From assembly GCA_964644955.1 (NCBI GenBank), contig CAZXYP010000001.1:5187-53612 (forward strand): 48,426 nt of DNA. The letters run 5' to 3'. The DNA comes from an uncultured Anaerolineales bacterium. GTDB lineage: Bacteria; Chloroflexota; Anaerolineae; UBA4142; SHND01. The notes below the pieces were generated by a model. It worked only from the letters and a program-made list of their open reading frames with translations, did no database searches and was not told the origin of the DNA. Positions 9,619-18,444 of the stretch are shown here, piece by piece. Position 1 is the first letter of the stretch. Each line of letters begins with the position of its first letter. The position numbers and the translations under genes are program-made.

Positions 9619-11298
9619 TCATTCCGCTTCCGCCGCGAGTTTTTCGGCGTCTATTTGGAAAATGGAAAGGTCGGCGTCAAAGTTGGTATAGCGCGGCTGC
9701 AGAATTTCGCGCGTGACGAGTTCTTGAACGTTTTGATTATAGCGCACGATCGGTCCGGTGCGCGCCCTAACCAAATCCGTGCGCGGATTGTTGAGCGCGG
9801 GCGCAATCACATACGTCACATGGTAAGTGCGCAGATATTGGATCAATGCCTGTGGAGTGTACGTGCCGCGCAGGGTTGGCACATAAACGCGTTCGGCGTA
9901 CAAATAATCGGTCGCGGGTTCACTCGTCAAAATCAACGCGTCCGCGGGCGTGTGCGTCAGAATCCACGCGCTGTACACAGTGCGATTTTCGCGCGCCAAA
10001 AACCACGAACTGCTGTGAAAATTAACGGCAATGCTTGCCATGAGAATGCCGACAATGCCGAACACGGAAACAACGCGCACGCCGCGCGGCGCGAGGTCGC
10101 GCGGCAAAAAATGCGCGAGCCATTCCAACATGCCGTACAGCCCCAACAGCAACGCAAACGCCAACTGCGGCTGCACAGGATAAAACATGCGCGAACCGTC
10201 CCACGCCCAGATCATCAATACTACCAGATAGGGCGGGACGATAACGGCAAACGCGGTCAAGCCGCTGTGCCGGTACCAACGCCACCCGCCCCACAACAAC
10301 AAAGCCAAAAGCCCGAGACTTAGATACTTGAGCGGTTCGAGTCGCGTCGCGCGCAAGAACTGCGAGACCTCATTTTCCATTTGCTGCGGAAGCCAATCGG
10401 TTGAATCCAAATGCATCAGCACATTGCGTCCGATACCGTACACGCGTTGGAGCAGGGGGGGGGGCGCATCGGCGGGAGTGGGTGGCGTTGTATCGGGTTG
10501 TGTCGGTACCTGTGCGGCGGGATTTTGACGATTCGTTCCGGAGAGAATTTCCACATATTCATTGGGAAAAAGGTCGGACGGTTCGACCGGCGTCAGGCCC
10601 ACGACCAACGCGAGGACGAGACCGGCACTGAGCGCACTCTGGAACAAGGGATGCCATGCTGTTTTGCCAAGTTTATAAACGACGTAAACAAGCAGTGTTG
10701 CCACAATTATCCAGCCGATGGTGCGCGTGTACGCAAGCGCGATTGCCGCCGCGCCGAGCGCAAGCGCATTCCAACGACTTGATTTGGATATCATGCGTTC
10801 GGTCAGCAGGAAAACGACAAGGCACCATGTCAAAAAAACGGCTTCCGAAAAAAGAATGCGCGCAAATAAAATTGTGAGCGGCGAAAATGCCAACACTGCC
10901 ACCAGCGCCACGCTCCACCAATACGAAAAGCGGCGTGTCAAACGCGTCCAGCCCCAAAAGAGCAGACTCAAGTTGGCAATCGAAGCGACAAGCGGCACAA
11001 GGCGCAGCAGCGGAGGTTGCATTGGGAATAATGCAACCAAAGGCGTGAGCAAGAGCGGAAAGCCAAAGGGCAGCGCGGATGCTTGAAAATCCGGCGGCAC
11101 AAAAAATTTTCCGTACTGCGCGTGAAACAGCAGTGAACGCGGCAAGAGCGCGTACAACGCATCGTCGTATAAACTGCCGATGCTGTAACTGTCCCAATTG
11201 CGCAGCGCCAACACGACCATAGCGATTACACAGCCCGCCCACAATGCGATTTGAAGACGCGTGGGTGCGCGCGACGCCGATACGGAATCCGGATTCAT
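9619..11298 (-). CDS. GT-C (PMT/ArnT-like) membrane glycosyltransferase
   Basis: YDDALY acidic motif after TM1, PFGFPLLL, FSEAVF, YTRTIG; many TM segments. Confidence 0.65.
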   Translation of the reverse strand: MNPDSVSASRAPTRLQIALWAGCVIAMVVLALRNWDSYSIGSLYDDALYALLPRSLLFHAQYGKFFVPPDFQASALPFGFPLLLTPLVALFPMQPPLLRLVPLVASIANLSLLFWGWTRLTRRFSYWWSVALVAVLAFSPLTILFARILFSEAVFLTWCLVVFLLTERMISKSSRWNALALGAAAIALAYTRTIGWIIVATLLVYVVYKLGKTAWHPLFQSALSAGLVLALVVGLTPVEPSDLFPNEYVEILSGTNRQNPAAQVPTQPDTTPPTPADAPPPLLQRVYGIGRNVLMHLDSTDWLPQQMENEVSQFLRATRLEPLKYLSLGLLALLLWGGWRWYRHSGLTAFAVIVPPYLVVLMIWAWDGSRMFYPVQPQLAFALLLGLYGMLEWLAHFLPRDLAPRGVRVVSVFGIVGILMASIAVNFHSSSWFLARENRTVYSAWILTHTPADALILTSEPATDYLYAERVYVPTLRGTYTPQALIQYLRTYHVTYVIAPALNNPRTDLVRARTGPIVRYNQNVQELVTREILQPRYTNFDADLSIFQIDAEKLAAEAE

Positions 11299-11360
11299 TG
11301 CGTGGCATCATAAATCAGTCGCGGCGGCGGTCAAAATTCAAACTGCGTTATAATCTCCCT

Positions 11361-12389
11361 GTGTCAACCAATGAACCATTACGGCTCGGACTGATTGGGC
11401 TGGGGCAAGTTGTTACGCTGCGGCATCTGCCGGCTTTGAAAAAACTCGCGCAATATAAAATCATCGCGGCAGCTGACATTGACAGTGCGCGCGGGCAGCG
11501 CGTCGCGGCCCAATATGCCATTCCACGCGTGGTCTCTGACGCGCGCGCTGTGCTTGAAATGCCGGACGTGGAAGCGGTGGCGATTTGCACCCCGCCCGCG
11601 ACCCATGCCGCGTTGCTCCGCGCGGCGTTGGATGCCGGCAAATATGTTTTTGTCGAGAAACCTTTGACGCTCGAGGTTGCGGATGCCGATACGCTGGAAA
11701 ATCTGACCAACGCGGACACGCGTGTGTTGGTCGGTTTTAATTTGCGGCATCACGCCGAAATTCAACGCGCGCGCGCGTGGCTGCGCGCGGGACGCATCGG
11801 CAAAATCCGCGCAGTGCATACGACGCTGACGAATGTGCATGAACCTGCTGACCATGCGGAGTGGCGACGTGACCCGGCACACGGCGGCGACATGCTGTTT
11901 GAAATGGGCGTGCATCATTTTGACATTTGCCGGTATTTGTGCGACGCGGAAATTCTAGACCTTCGCGCGCACGAAGCGTTGGCGCAAAATCATGCGGCGG
12001 TTCTTTCCGTGCAAGCGCGCCTGAGCAGCGATATTTTGGCGACGTGTGTGATTGGCGAGGATTTGGTCGGACACAACAGTATCGAACTCTTGGGCGACCG
12101 CGGGCGCATGGTGATTTCGTGTTATCGGTTTGACGGCTTGTATGTGTATCCGCGCGGCGCGTTCGACGGCGGCATGGGTTTGCGTCTGCAGCACGCGCGC
12201 GAAATGTTGAGCGTTCTGCCGCGCGCGTTTTCCGAACAGCGGAATGGCGGCATGTACGTTTCAAGTTATCGCAGGGAATGGGAACATTTTTTTCAAGTCG
12301 TGCGTCATCACGCCGCGCCGCTGGCAGCCGTACGCGATGGCGCTGCCGCCACGCGCGCGGCGCGCGCGGCGCGCGCTTCTTTGCAATGA
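11361..12389 (+). CDS. Gfo/Idh/MocA family oxidoreductase
   Basis: GLIGLG Rossmann motif, ICTPPATH, VEKPL, VGFNLR, GGDMLFEMGVHHFD; GTG 11361. Confidence 0.9.
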   Translation: MSTNEPLRLGLIGLGQVVTLRHLPALKKLAQYKIIAAADIDSARGQRVAAQYAIPRVVSDARAVLEMPDVEAVAICTPPATHAALLRAALDAGKYVFVEKPLTLEVADADTLENLTNADTRVLVGFNLRHHAEIQRARAWLRAGRIGKIRAVHTTLTNVHEPADHAEWRRDPAHGGDMLFEMGVHHFDICRYLCDAEILDLRAHEALAQNHAAVLSVQARLSSDILATCVIGEDLVGHNSIELLGDRGRMVISCYRFDGLYVYPRGAFDGGMGLRLQHAREMLSVLPRAFSEQRNGGMYVSSYRREWEHFFQVVRHHAAPLAAVRDGAAATRAARAARASLQ

Positions 12390-13384
12390 CGGATTTAACA
12401 CATCGCTCCCCTTCAAACGGAACGCCGGTCGCGCCCGTGTTGTCTGCGGTGGTGGTGATTCCGGATTGTTTCGAGACGGTTCGCCGCACAGTGCGCGCCT
12501 TGCAAGCGCAGACGATTGCGTCACACATGGAAATTGTGTTTGTTGTGCCGCAACGGGAGGTGGAGATTCCGGTAAGGGAATTGCGCGAATTTGCGAGCAT
12601 CCAAACGGTTGTGGCGCCGTTGTATTCCGTCGGACGCAGTTTTGCGGCGGGCATTCGCGGCGCGCGCGCGCCGTTGATTGCCTTGACCGAAGACCATTCG
12701 TTTCCGGCGCCGCATTGGGCGGAACGTTTAGTCGCCGCCCAGAAAGATACATATGCGGTCGTCGCGCCGGCAGTGCGGAACGGCAATCCGAACAGCATTG
12801 TGAGCTGGGCAAATTTTCTGATTGATTACGGCGAATGGGCAAGCCCTGTGCCGTCCGGCACGCGCGAATTTTTGCCGGGACACAACAGCATGTATGTGGG
12901 CGCTGCGCTCGCGCCGTACATGGAACAGTTGGAAGAATGGTTTGAAGCGGAAATCGTTTTGCATTGGGACTTGAGACGACGCGGGGAGCGGTTGTGGTTG
13001 GAAAACAGCACGTACACGCGGCACTATAATTTTGCGATGTGGAAACCGTTTCTCCGTTCGCATTGGCAAGCCGGACGAATTTTTGCCGCCGAACGTGCGC
13101 GGGCGTGGCATGGGATGCGGCGCGCGGTGTATGCGTGCGCGGCGCCGCTGATTCCGTTGGTGCGTTTTGCGCGCGTGCGCCGCGCGACGCAGCGGATGCG
13201 TTTTGGTTTGGGCAACCGCATTCAAGTCTATGCCGCCATTGGCATTGGGTTGCTTGTGGATGGTTTCGGGCAAGGTGTCGGTTATGTGCGCGGCGCGGGC
13301 GATGTTGCCTCATTCAGTTCGCGGTACGAGTTTCATCGCTTTCGTTATATCAAGGAAGCGGACGCGCTGAATCAAGATGTTTGA
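12386..13384 (+). CDS. Glycosyltransferase family 2-like protein
   Basis: LSAVVVIPD, GIRGARAPLIALTEDH, PGHNSMY; ATGA overlap at 12386. Confidence 0.75.
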   Translation: MTDLTHRSPSNGTPVAPVLSAVVVIPDCFETVRRTVRALQAQTIASHMEIVFVVPQREVEIPVRELREFASIQTVVAPLYSVGRSFAAGIRGARAPLIALTEDHSFPAPHWAERLVAAQKDTYAVVAPAVRNGNPNSIVSWANFLIDYGEWASPVPSGTREFLPGHNSMYVGAALAPYMEQLEEWFEAEIVLHWDLRRRGERLWLENSTYTRHYNFAMWKPFLRSHWQAGRIFAAERARAWHGMRRAVYACAAPLIPLVRFARVRRATQRMRFGLGNRIQVYAAIGIGLLVDGFGQGVGYVRGAGDVASFSSRYEFHRFRYIKEADALNQDV

Positions 13385-14255
13385 TTTCTCGGTTGTGGTT
13401 CCGACCTTTAATCGCGCGGACGCCCTGTGTGCGCTGCTGGAAGGAATCGCGCAATTGGATTATCCGCCGGAACGGGTCCAAGTGTTGGTGGTGAACGATG
13501 GCGGCGCGCCGTTGTCGCGAGAGGCGCAGCGCGCGTTTGAAGTGCGTTTGCAAGTGCGCTGGCTTGACCAAAAAAATCAGGGACCGGCGGTGGCGCGCAA
13601 TTACGGCGCGCAGCATGCCGTTGGGACGTGGCTCGCTTTCATTGACGATGATTGTGTGCCGGAACGCGGTTGGCTGCGCGCGCTGGCAGAGGCATTGAAT
13701 CCCGATGTTTTGGTGGGCGGCGCGGTGCTGAACGGTTGTCCGGCTGATGTGTACGCGACGGCGAGTCAATGTCTGTTTGATTTTTTGTACGAGTATTATC
13801 ATCGCCCGGAAGGCGCGCACTCGCAAGCGCCCTTTTTTACCAGCAATAATCTGGCGTTGGCACGCGAATTATTTGGGCGGCACGATGGTTTTGACGCGCG
13901 GCTGCGTCTTGGCGAAGACCGCGAGTTTTGCGCGCGGCTCGGCGCAAAGGGCGTTGCCATGCGCTATACGGCGCGTGCGCGCGTCATGCATTATCGTCCG
14001 CTGCGCGCGCAAACGTTTTGGAAACAACACTGGCAGTATGGGATGGGGGCTTTTGAATATCATCGGCGCGTGCGCGTGTATCGCCGCGATACCATTTTGC
14101 CCGAACCACTGCGCTTTTATGCAAACATGCTGCGGTTTCCGTGGCGACAGGCGCGCGGCGCGCGTGCGCTGCATTTGATGGGGCTCGTCGCGATGGCGCA
14201 AATTGCCAATGTGTGCGGTTTTGGTTCTGCCGCGCTGCGTGCGCGGCGCGCGTGA
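13377..14255 (+). CDS. Glycosyltransferase family 2
   Basis: SVVVPTFNR, VVNDG, NQGPAVARNYG, FIDDD, GEDREF. Confidence 0.93.
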   Translation: MFDFSVVVPTFNRADALCALLEGIAQLDYPPERVQVLVVNDGGAPLSREAQRAFEVRLQVRWLDQKNQGPAVARNYGAQHAVGTWLAFIDDDCVPERGWLRALAEALNPDVLVGGAVLNGCPADVYATASQCLFDFLYEYYHRPEGAHSQAPFFTSNNLALARELFGRHDGFDARLRLGEDREFCARLGAKGVAMRYTARARVMHYRPLRAQTFWKQHWQYGMGAFEYHRRVRVYRRDTILPEPLRFYANMLRFPWRQARGARALHLMGLVAMAQIANVCGFGSAALRARRA

Positions 14256-14263
14256 ATTTGAAA

Positions 14264-14291
14264 TTGACATTCCGTTTCGCCTGCATACAAT
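14264..14291 (+). promoter_or_regulatory. Sigma70-type promoter of the pur operon
   Basis: TTGACA (14264-14269), 16-nt spacer, TACAAT (14286-14291). Confidence 0.8.
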
Positions 14292-14505
14292 AACCGCATC
14301 TGTGGGTCGAACCTCACAGCTGCGGCGCCGGGTGGGCGCGTTGTGCAACATTGCCGTTGCGTCTCGGTTCGTACGTGTCGGACAGGCGAGTCTCATGAGC
14401 AAGTTGCATTTTTTGTTTTTACCCTCATCACTCCAAGCGTGCCAAGCAATGCCGTTTGGCGGCGCGGCGCGCGCGTGTCTGCAATTTTATTACGCGTAAT
14501 TTTTC

Positions 14506-14538
14506 AGAGAGCCATGCTTTGCGGCTCTCTATTTTTTT
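14506..14538 (+). terminator. Leader terminator/attenuator immediately before purL
   Basis: AGAGAGCC (14506-14513) pairs with GGCTCTCT (14523-14530), then a T7 run; ATG follows at 14542. Confidence 0.7.
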
Positions 14539-14541
14539 CTC

Positions 14542-16257
14542 ATGTCTCAATCTGCGATTCACTGTCTCGTCGTTTCACCCCGCGCGGAAACCAACGCGCG
14601 CGCGCTGGTCGCCGACGCGCACGCGCTCGGTTTGGAAAATATCGCGCAAATTGAAAAAAGTGACTTGTATTTTTTGCAAGGCGCGTTGACTGAAAACGAA
14701 TTACAGCGTTTGGCGAACGAATTGCTCACCGACGCGGTGACGCAAAAATTTTCGTGGCGCAATGGGAATGAAGCACACGACGCGCAAGCCATTGAAGTCG
14801 CGTTTCGCCCCGGCGTCACCGATTCCGTCGCGCATGAAATTGTCCGCGCCGCGCGCGCGTTGGGAATTGAAAATGTGGAACAAGCCGCGACGGGTCAACG
14901 TTTCACCGTTCGGGGCAAAACAGAGCAGCTCCTCAGCAAAAACGAATTGCACACGCTCGCGCGGCATCTCCTCGCGAACGATGTGATTCAACATTACGCG
15001 CTCGGCGAAATCGAACCGACGTTTCCGCAAGACGCGCACGCGTCAGGCATTGTCGAAACGATTTCGCTTACGGAATTGTCCGATGCCGAATTGTTGCATC
15101 TTTCCAACGAACGCCGCGCCGCGCTCGATTTGAATGAAATGCGCGCGCTTCAAAATTACTATTGCTCCATCGGACGCGAAGCGACGGACGTTGAATTTGA
15201 AATGCTTGCGCAAACGTGGAGCGAACATTGTGTGCATAAAACGTTCAAGGCGAAAATCGAGGTTAGGGATTGGAGACTGGAGACTGGAGATTGGAGACTG
15301 GAGACTGGAGATTGGAGACTGGAGACTAGAGACTTGTCATTTCGAGCGGAGCGAGAAATCTCCAGTCCTTCGGCTCCGCTCAGGACAAGTCTCCAGTCTC
15401 CTGTTATTTTCATAGACGGAATTCTCAAGACATTCCTCCGTTCCGCGACGGAAAAAATCAACGCGCCGTTCGTGCGGTCCGCGTTTGTGGACAATGCGGG
15501 CATCATTGATTTTGACGACGAGTTTGAAATTTCGTTCAAAGTGGAAACGCACAATCATCCGTCTGCGATTGAACCGTTCGGCGGCGCGAATACGGGCGTC
15601 GGCGGCGTGATACGCGATGTGTTGGGCGTGAGCGCGAAACCGATTGCGGCGACGGATGTGTTGTGTTTTGGTCCGCAAGATTTGGATCCCAAAAATTTGC
15701 CCGAAGGGGTATTGCATCCGCGCGTGATTCGTTCGGGCGTTGTCGCGGGCGTTCAAGATTACGGCAACAAAATTGGCATTCCAACAGTGAGCGGCGCGAT
15801 TTATTATGACGAAGGTTACACCGCGAATCCGCTTGTGTTTTGCGGCTGTGTGGGAATTGCGCCGAAAAATAAACATCCGCGCGCACCGCAGCCGAATGAC
15901 CGCGTAATTGTGTTGGGCGGACGCACGGGACGCGATGGTTTGCGCGGCGCGACATTTTCGTCCATGACGATGGACGCGCAAACGGGCGAGGTGGCGGGCG
16001 CGTCGGTGCAAATCGGCGACCCGATAACGGAAAAGGGTTTGATTGAAGTGATTACGCGCGCGCGCGATGAAAATTTGTATCACGCGATTACGGATTGCGG
16101 CGCGGGCGGACTTTCGTCGGCGGTTGGCGAAATGGCGAGCGACACGGGCGCGGACGTGGAATTACAAAATGTGCGTTTGAAATATCCGGGACTCGCGCCA
16201 TGGGAAATTTGGCTTTCTGAAGCGCAAGAGCGCATGGTGCTTGCCGTTCCCGAATAA
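14542..16257 (+). CDS. purL: FGAM synthase PurL with N-terminal PurS-like repeats, 5' part (ends at in-frame TAA)
   Basis: [11 protein letters not shown] (PurS-like), [62 protein letters not shown]. Confidence 0.9.
   Translation: MSQSAIHCLVVSPRAETNARALVADAHALGLENIAQIEKSDLYFLQGALTENELQRLANELLTDAVTQKFSWRNGNEAHDAQAIEVAFRPGVTDSVAHEIVRAARALGIENVEQAATGQRFTVRGKTEQLLSKNELHTLARHLLANDVIQHYALGEIEPTFPQDAHASGIVETISLTELSDAELLHLSNERRAALDLNEMRALQNYYCSIGREATDVEFEMLAQTWSEHCVHKTFKAKIEVRDWRLETGDWRLETGDWRLETRDLSFRAEREISSPSAPLRTSLQSPVIFIDGILKTFLRSATEKINAPFVRSAFVDNAGIIDFDDEFEISFKVETHNHPSAIEPFGGANTGVGGVIRDVLGVSAKPIAATDVLCFGPQDLDPKNLPEGVLHPRVIRSGVVAGVQDYGNKIGIPTVSGAIYYDEGYTANPLVFCGCVGIAPKNKHPRAPQPNDRVIVLGGRTGRDGLRGATFSSMTMDAQTGEVAGASVQIGDPITEKGLIEVITRARDENLYHAITDCGAGGLSSAVGEMASDTGADVELQNVRLKYPGLAPWEIWLSEAQERMVLAVPE
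15258..15402 (+). repeat. Heptamer array (GGAGAYT x9 plus 2 degenerate), REP-like core and inverted heptamers, in frame in purL
   Basis: Units read at 15272-15334; encodes DWRLETG repeats; inverted AGTCTCC units at ~15388-15401. Confidence 0.95.
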
Positions 16258-16278
16258 AATGTCGCGGCGTTACAAAAA

Positions 16279-17523
16279 TTGTGTGACACGTACGAGGTGG
16301 AACTCACCGACATTGGCGCGTTCAATGACAGCGGACACATTCTTGTGAAATACGCGAATCGAATCGTTTTGGATTTGGAAAATCGTTTTTTGCATCACGG
16401 AATTCCGCAGCGCGAGTTGAAAGCGGTTATCAGTGAACAGTCATCAGTCGTCAGTAATCAGTCTCCAGTCTCCAATCTCCAGTCTCCAGCCTCCAATCTC
16501 CCGTCTCCAATCTCCAATCTCAATCAACACTTGCTCGCGTTGCTTTCGCATCCCAACATCGCATCGAAAGCGGACGTGATTCGCATTTATGACCATGAGG
16601 TTCAAGGCGGAACTGTTGTCAAGCCATTGACGGGCGTGATGAAGGATGCGCCTTCGGACGCGGTGGTTTTGAAACCGCTTGGCACGAAAGGCACGCGCGG
16701 CATTGTATTGGCGTGCGGCTTGAATCCCGAATACGGTAAACACGACGCGGAACGCATGGCGCTCTCTGTAATTGACGAAGCAATTCGCAATGCAGTCGCG
16801 GTCGGCGCGGACCCCGAACGCATCGCGCTGCTCGACAATTTTTGTTGGGGCGACCCGAAACGCCCCGAAACGCTTGGCGCGCTGGTGCAAGCGGCGCGCG
16901 GTTGTTATGAAGGCGTGTTGTTGTTCAATACGCCTTTCATCTCTGGTAAAGATTCGTTGAACAATGAATATCTCGGCGCGGACGGACAGCGCCACGCGAT
17001 TCCGCCGACACTTTTGATTTCAGCGATTGGAATCATTGACGATGTGAATTGCGCGGTGACGATGGATTTGAAAAACGCGGGCAATTTCATTTATCGCGTC
17101 GGAATTTTTTCGCGCGACGAATCTTTTGTTCCGCCGTTGTCGCCAGAAACACCGCGCGTCTATCGCGCATTACATCAAGCCATGCGCGCGGGACGCGTGC
17201 GCGCGTGTCACGATTTGAGCGAAGGCGGACTGGCAGTGTGCGCGGCGGAAATGTGCATCGGCGGACGGTTAGGGGCGAGACTGGAGATTGGAGACTCGGA
17301 ATCGTTGTTCAAGGAAACAAACGGCTGCTTGCTGGTGGAAGTTGCGCCGAATGATTGTGATGCGTTTGAAAATTATCTGAAAGAAATTCCACAATCGTTC
17401 GCGCGAATTGGGCGCGTGATGGAAAATGAGAAATTAGAAATTATGTACGTGCAAGAAAAATTGATTTCGCTGAATGTGGAAGAACTCGCCAATGCGTTTA
17501 ATGAGCCAACGTGGAACGATTGA
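16279..17523 (+). CDS. purL: FGAM synthase PurL, 3' part (same frame as 5' part)
   Basis: YDHEVQGGTVVKP, LDNFCWGDP, FISGKDSLNNEY, CHDLSEGGL; offset from 14542 is 1737 nt, a multiple of 3. Confidence 0.88.
   Translation: MCDTYEVELTDIGAFNDSGHILVKYANRIVLDLENRFLHHGIPQRELKAVISEQSSVVSNQSPVSNLQSPASNLPSPISNLNQHLLALLSHPNIASKADVIRIYDHEVQGGTVVKPLTGVMKDAPSDAVVLKPLGTKGTRGIVLACGLNPEYGKHDAERMALSVIDEAIRNAVAVGADPERIALLDNFCWGDPKRPETLGALVQAARGCYEGVLLFNTPFISGKDSLNNEYLGADGQRHAIPPTLLISAIGIIDDVNCAVTMDLKNAGNFIYRVGIFSRDESFVPPLSPETPRVYRALHQAMRAGRVRACHDLSEGGLAVCAAEMCIGGRLGARLEIGDSESLFKETNGCLLVEVAPNDCDAFENYLKEIPQSFARIGRVMENEKLEIMYVQEKLISLNVEELANAFNEPTWND
16424..16521 (+). repeat. Heptamer array (~14 units, CAGTnAT then CARTCTC), in frame in purL
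   Basis: cagtgaa cagtcat cagtcgt cagtaat cagtctc cagtctc caatctc cagtctc cagcctc caatctc ccgtctc caatctc caatctc. Confidence 0.93.
17276..17296 (+). repeat. Heptamer array x3 in purL
   Basis: cgagact ggagatt ggagact. Confidence 0.8.
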
Positions 17524-17549
17524 AATCGTTACTACGAATCTCACGCGTT

Positions 17550-17577
17550 CAATCTCCAGTCTCTAGTCTCCAGTCTC
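17550..17577 (+). repeat. Reverse heptamer array x4, purL-purQ junction
   Basis: caatctc cagtctc tagtctc cagtctc. Confidence 0.9.
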
Positions 17578-17582
17578 TCTTT

Positions 17583-18392
17583 ATGAAACCTTGCGCTCTC
17601 ATCCTCCACGCCACCGGCACCAACCGCGACCACGAAGCATCGCTCGCGCTCGAACACGCGGGTGCGCGGACCGAAATCGTTCCGCTTACGCAATTGCGCG
17701 CGGGCGAAAAAAATTGGCGCGATTACCAGATGCTCGTGCTGCCCGGCGGCTTTGCAAACGCGGACGCGCTGGGCGCGGGAAAAATTCTCGCGCTCGATTT
17801 AGTTTTGTATTTTGCGGACGCGGTGAATGAATTTATTGAAAATGGCAAACCTGTAATTGGAATTTGCAATGGGTTTCAGGCGTTGGTGAAAGCGGGAATT
17901 TTACCCCGTCGTCAGTTGTCAGTAATCAGTAATCAGTCTCCAGTCTCTAGTCTCCGATCTCCAGCGACGTTGACTTTTAATGCTTCAGGACATTTCGAAT
18001 GTCGCTGGGTGACGTTGAAACCCGTTTCGCAAAAATGTGTGTGGACGCGCGGTTTGGAGGAATTGATTTATTGTCCGATTGCGCACGGCGAAGGAAATTT
18101 CCAATTGGCGAACGATGCTGATTTGGAAATCCTCCGCGCGAATGACCAAATCGCGCTGCGGTATGTTTGCGAAAATGGTGAGCAAGCGAACGGCGCGTAT
18201 CCGTTCAATCCGAACGGTTCGCTCGATGACATTGCAGGTGTGTGCAACGAACGCGGGAATGTGTTGGGCTTGATGCCGCATCCCGAAGACCACATTTTCA
18301 ATTATCAACACCCACACCACACGAGAGGCGAACGCGGGCAGTTGGGGTTGAGTTTATTTGAAAATGGTGTGAAATACGCGCAAGAGGTGTGA
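17583..18392 (+). CDS. purQ: FGAM synthase glutaminase subunit PurQ
   Basis: GTNRD, LPGGFANAD, GICNGFQ (catalytic Cys), AHGEG, NPNGS, GLMPHPE; ATG 17583. Confidence 0.95.
   Translation: MKPCALILHATGTNRDHEASLALEHAGARTEIVPLTQLRAGEKNWRDYQMLVLPGGFANADALGAGKILALDLVLYFADAVNEFIENGKPVIGICNGFQALVKAGILPRRQLSVISNQSPVSSLRSPATLTFNASGHFECRWVTLKPVSQKCVWTRGLEELIYCPIAHGEGNFQLANDADLEILRANDQIALRYVCENGEQANGAYPFNPNGSLDDIAGVCNERGNVLGLMPHPEDHIFNYQHPHHTRGERGQLGLSLFENGVKYAQEV
17906..17961 (+). repeat. Reverse heptamer array (~8 units), in frame in purQ
   Basis: cagttgt cagtaat cagtaat cagtctc cagtctc tagtctc cgatctc; encodes QLSVISNQSPVSSLRSP. Confidence 0.9.
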
Positions 18393-18424
18393 GGTTGGAG
18401 ATTGGAGATTGGAGACTGGAGACT
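18390..18424 (+). repeat. Forward heptamer array x5, purQ-purC junction
   Basis: tgaggtt ggagatt ggagatt ggagact ggagact. Confidence 0.9.
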
Positions 18425-18444
18425 ATCCAGAGTGAAAAAATTCT

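Noticed and set aside
14296-14541. Assignment of the leader to a known guanine, ZTP or PRPP/ykkC riboswitch
   Set aside because: Their core sequences were not found by eye; left unassigned pending cmscan.
14542-15030. Missing purS gene
   Set aside because: The PurL N-terminus carries PurS-like repeats, a known fusion arrangement.
16255-16257. Selenocysteine/pyrrolysine or alternative-code readthrough in purL
   Set aside because: The codon is TAA, which ends several other genes here and is not a Sec/Pyl codon.
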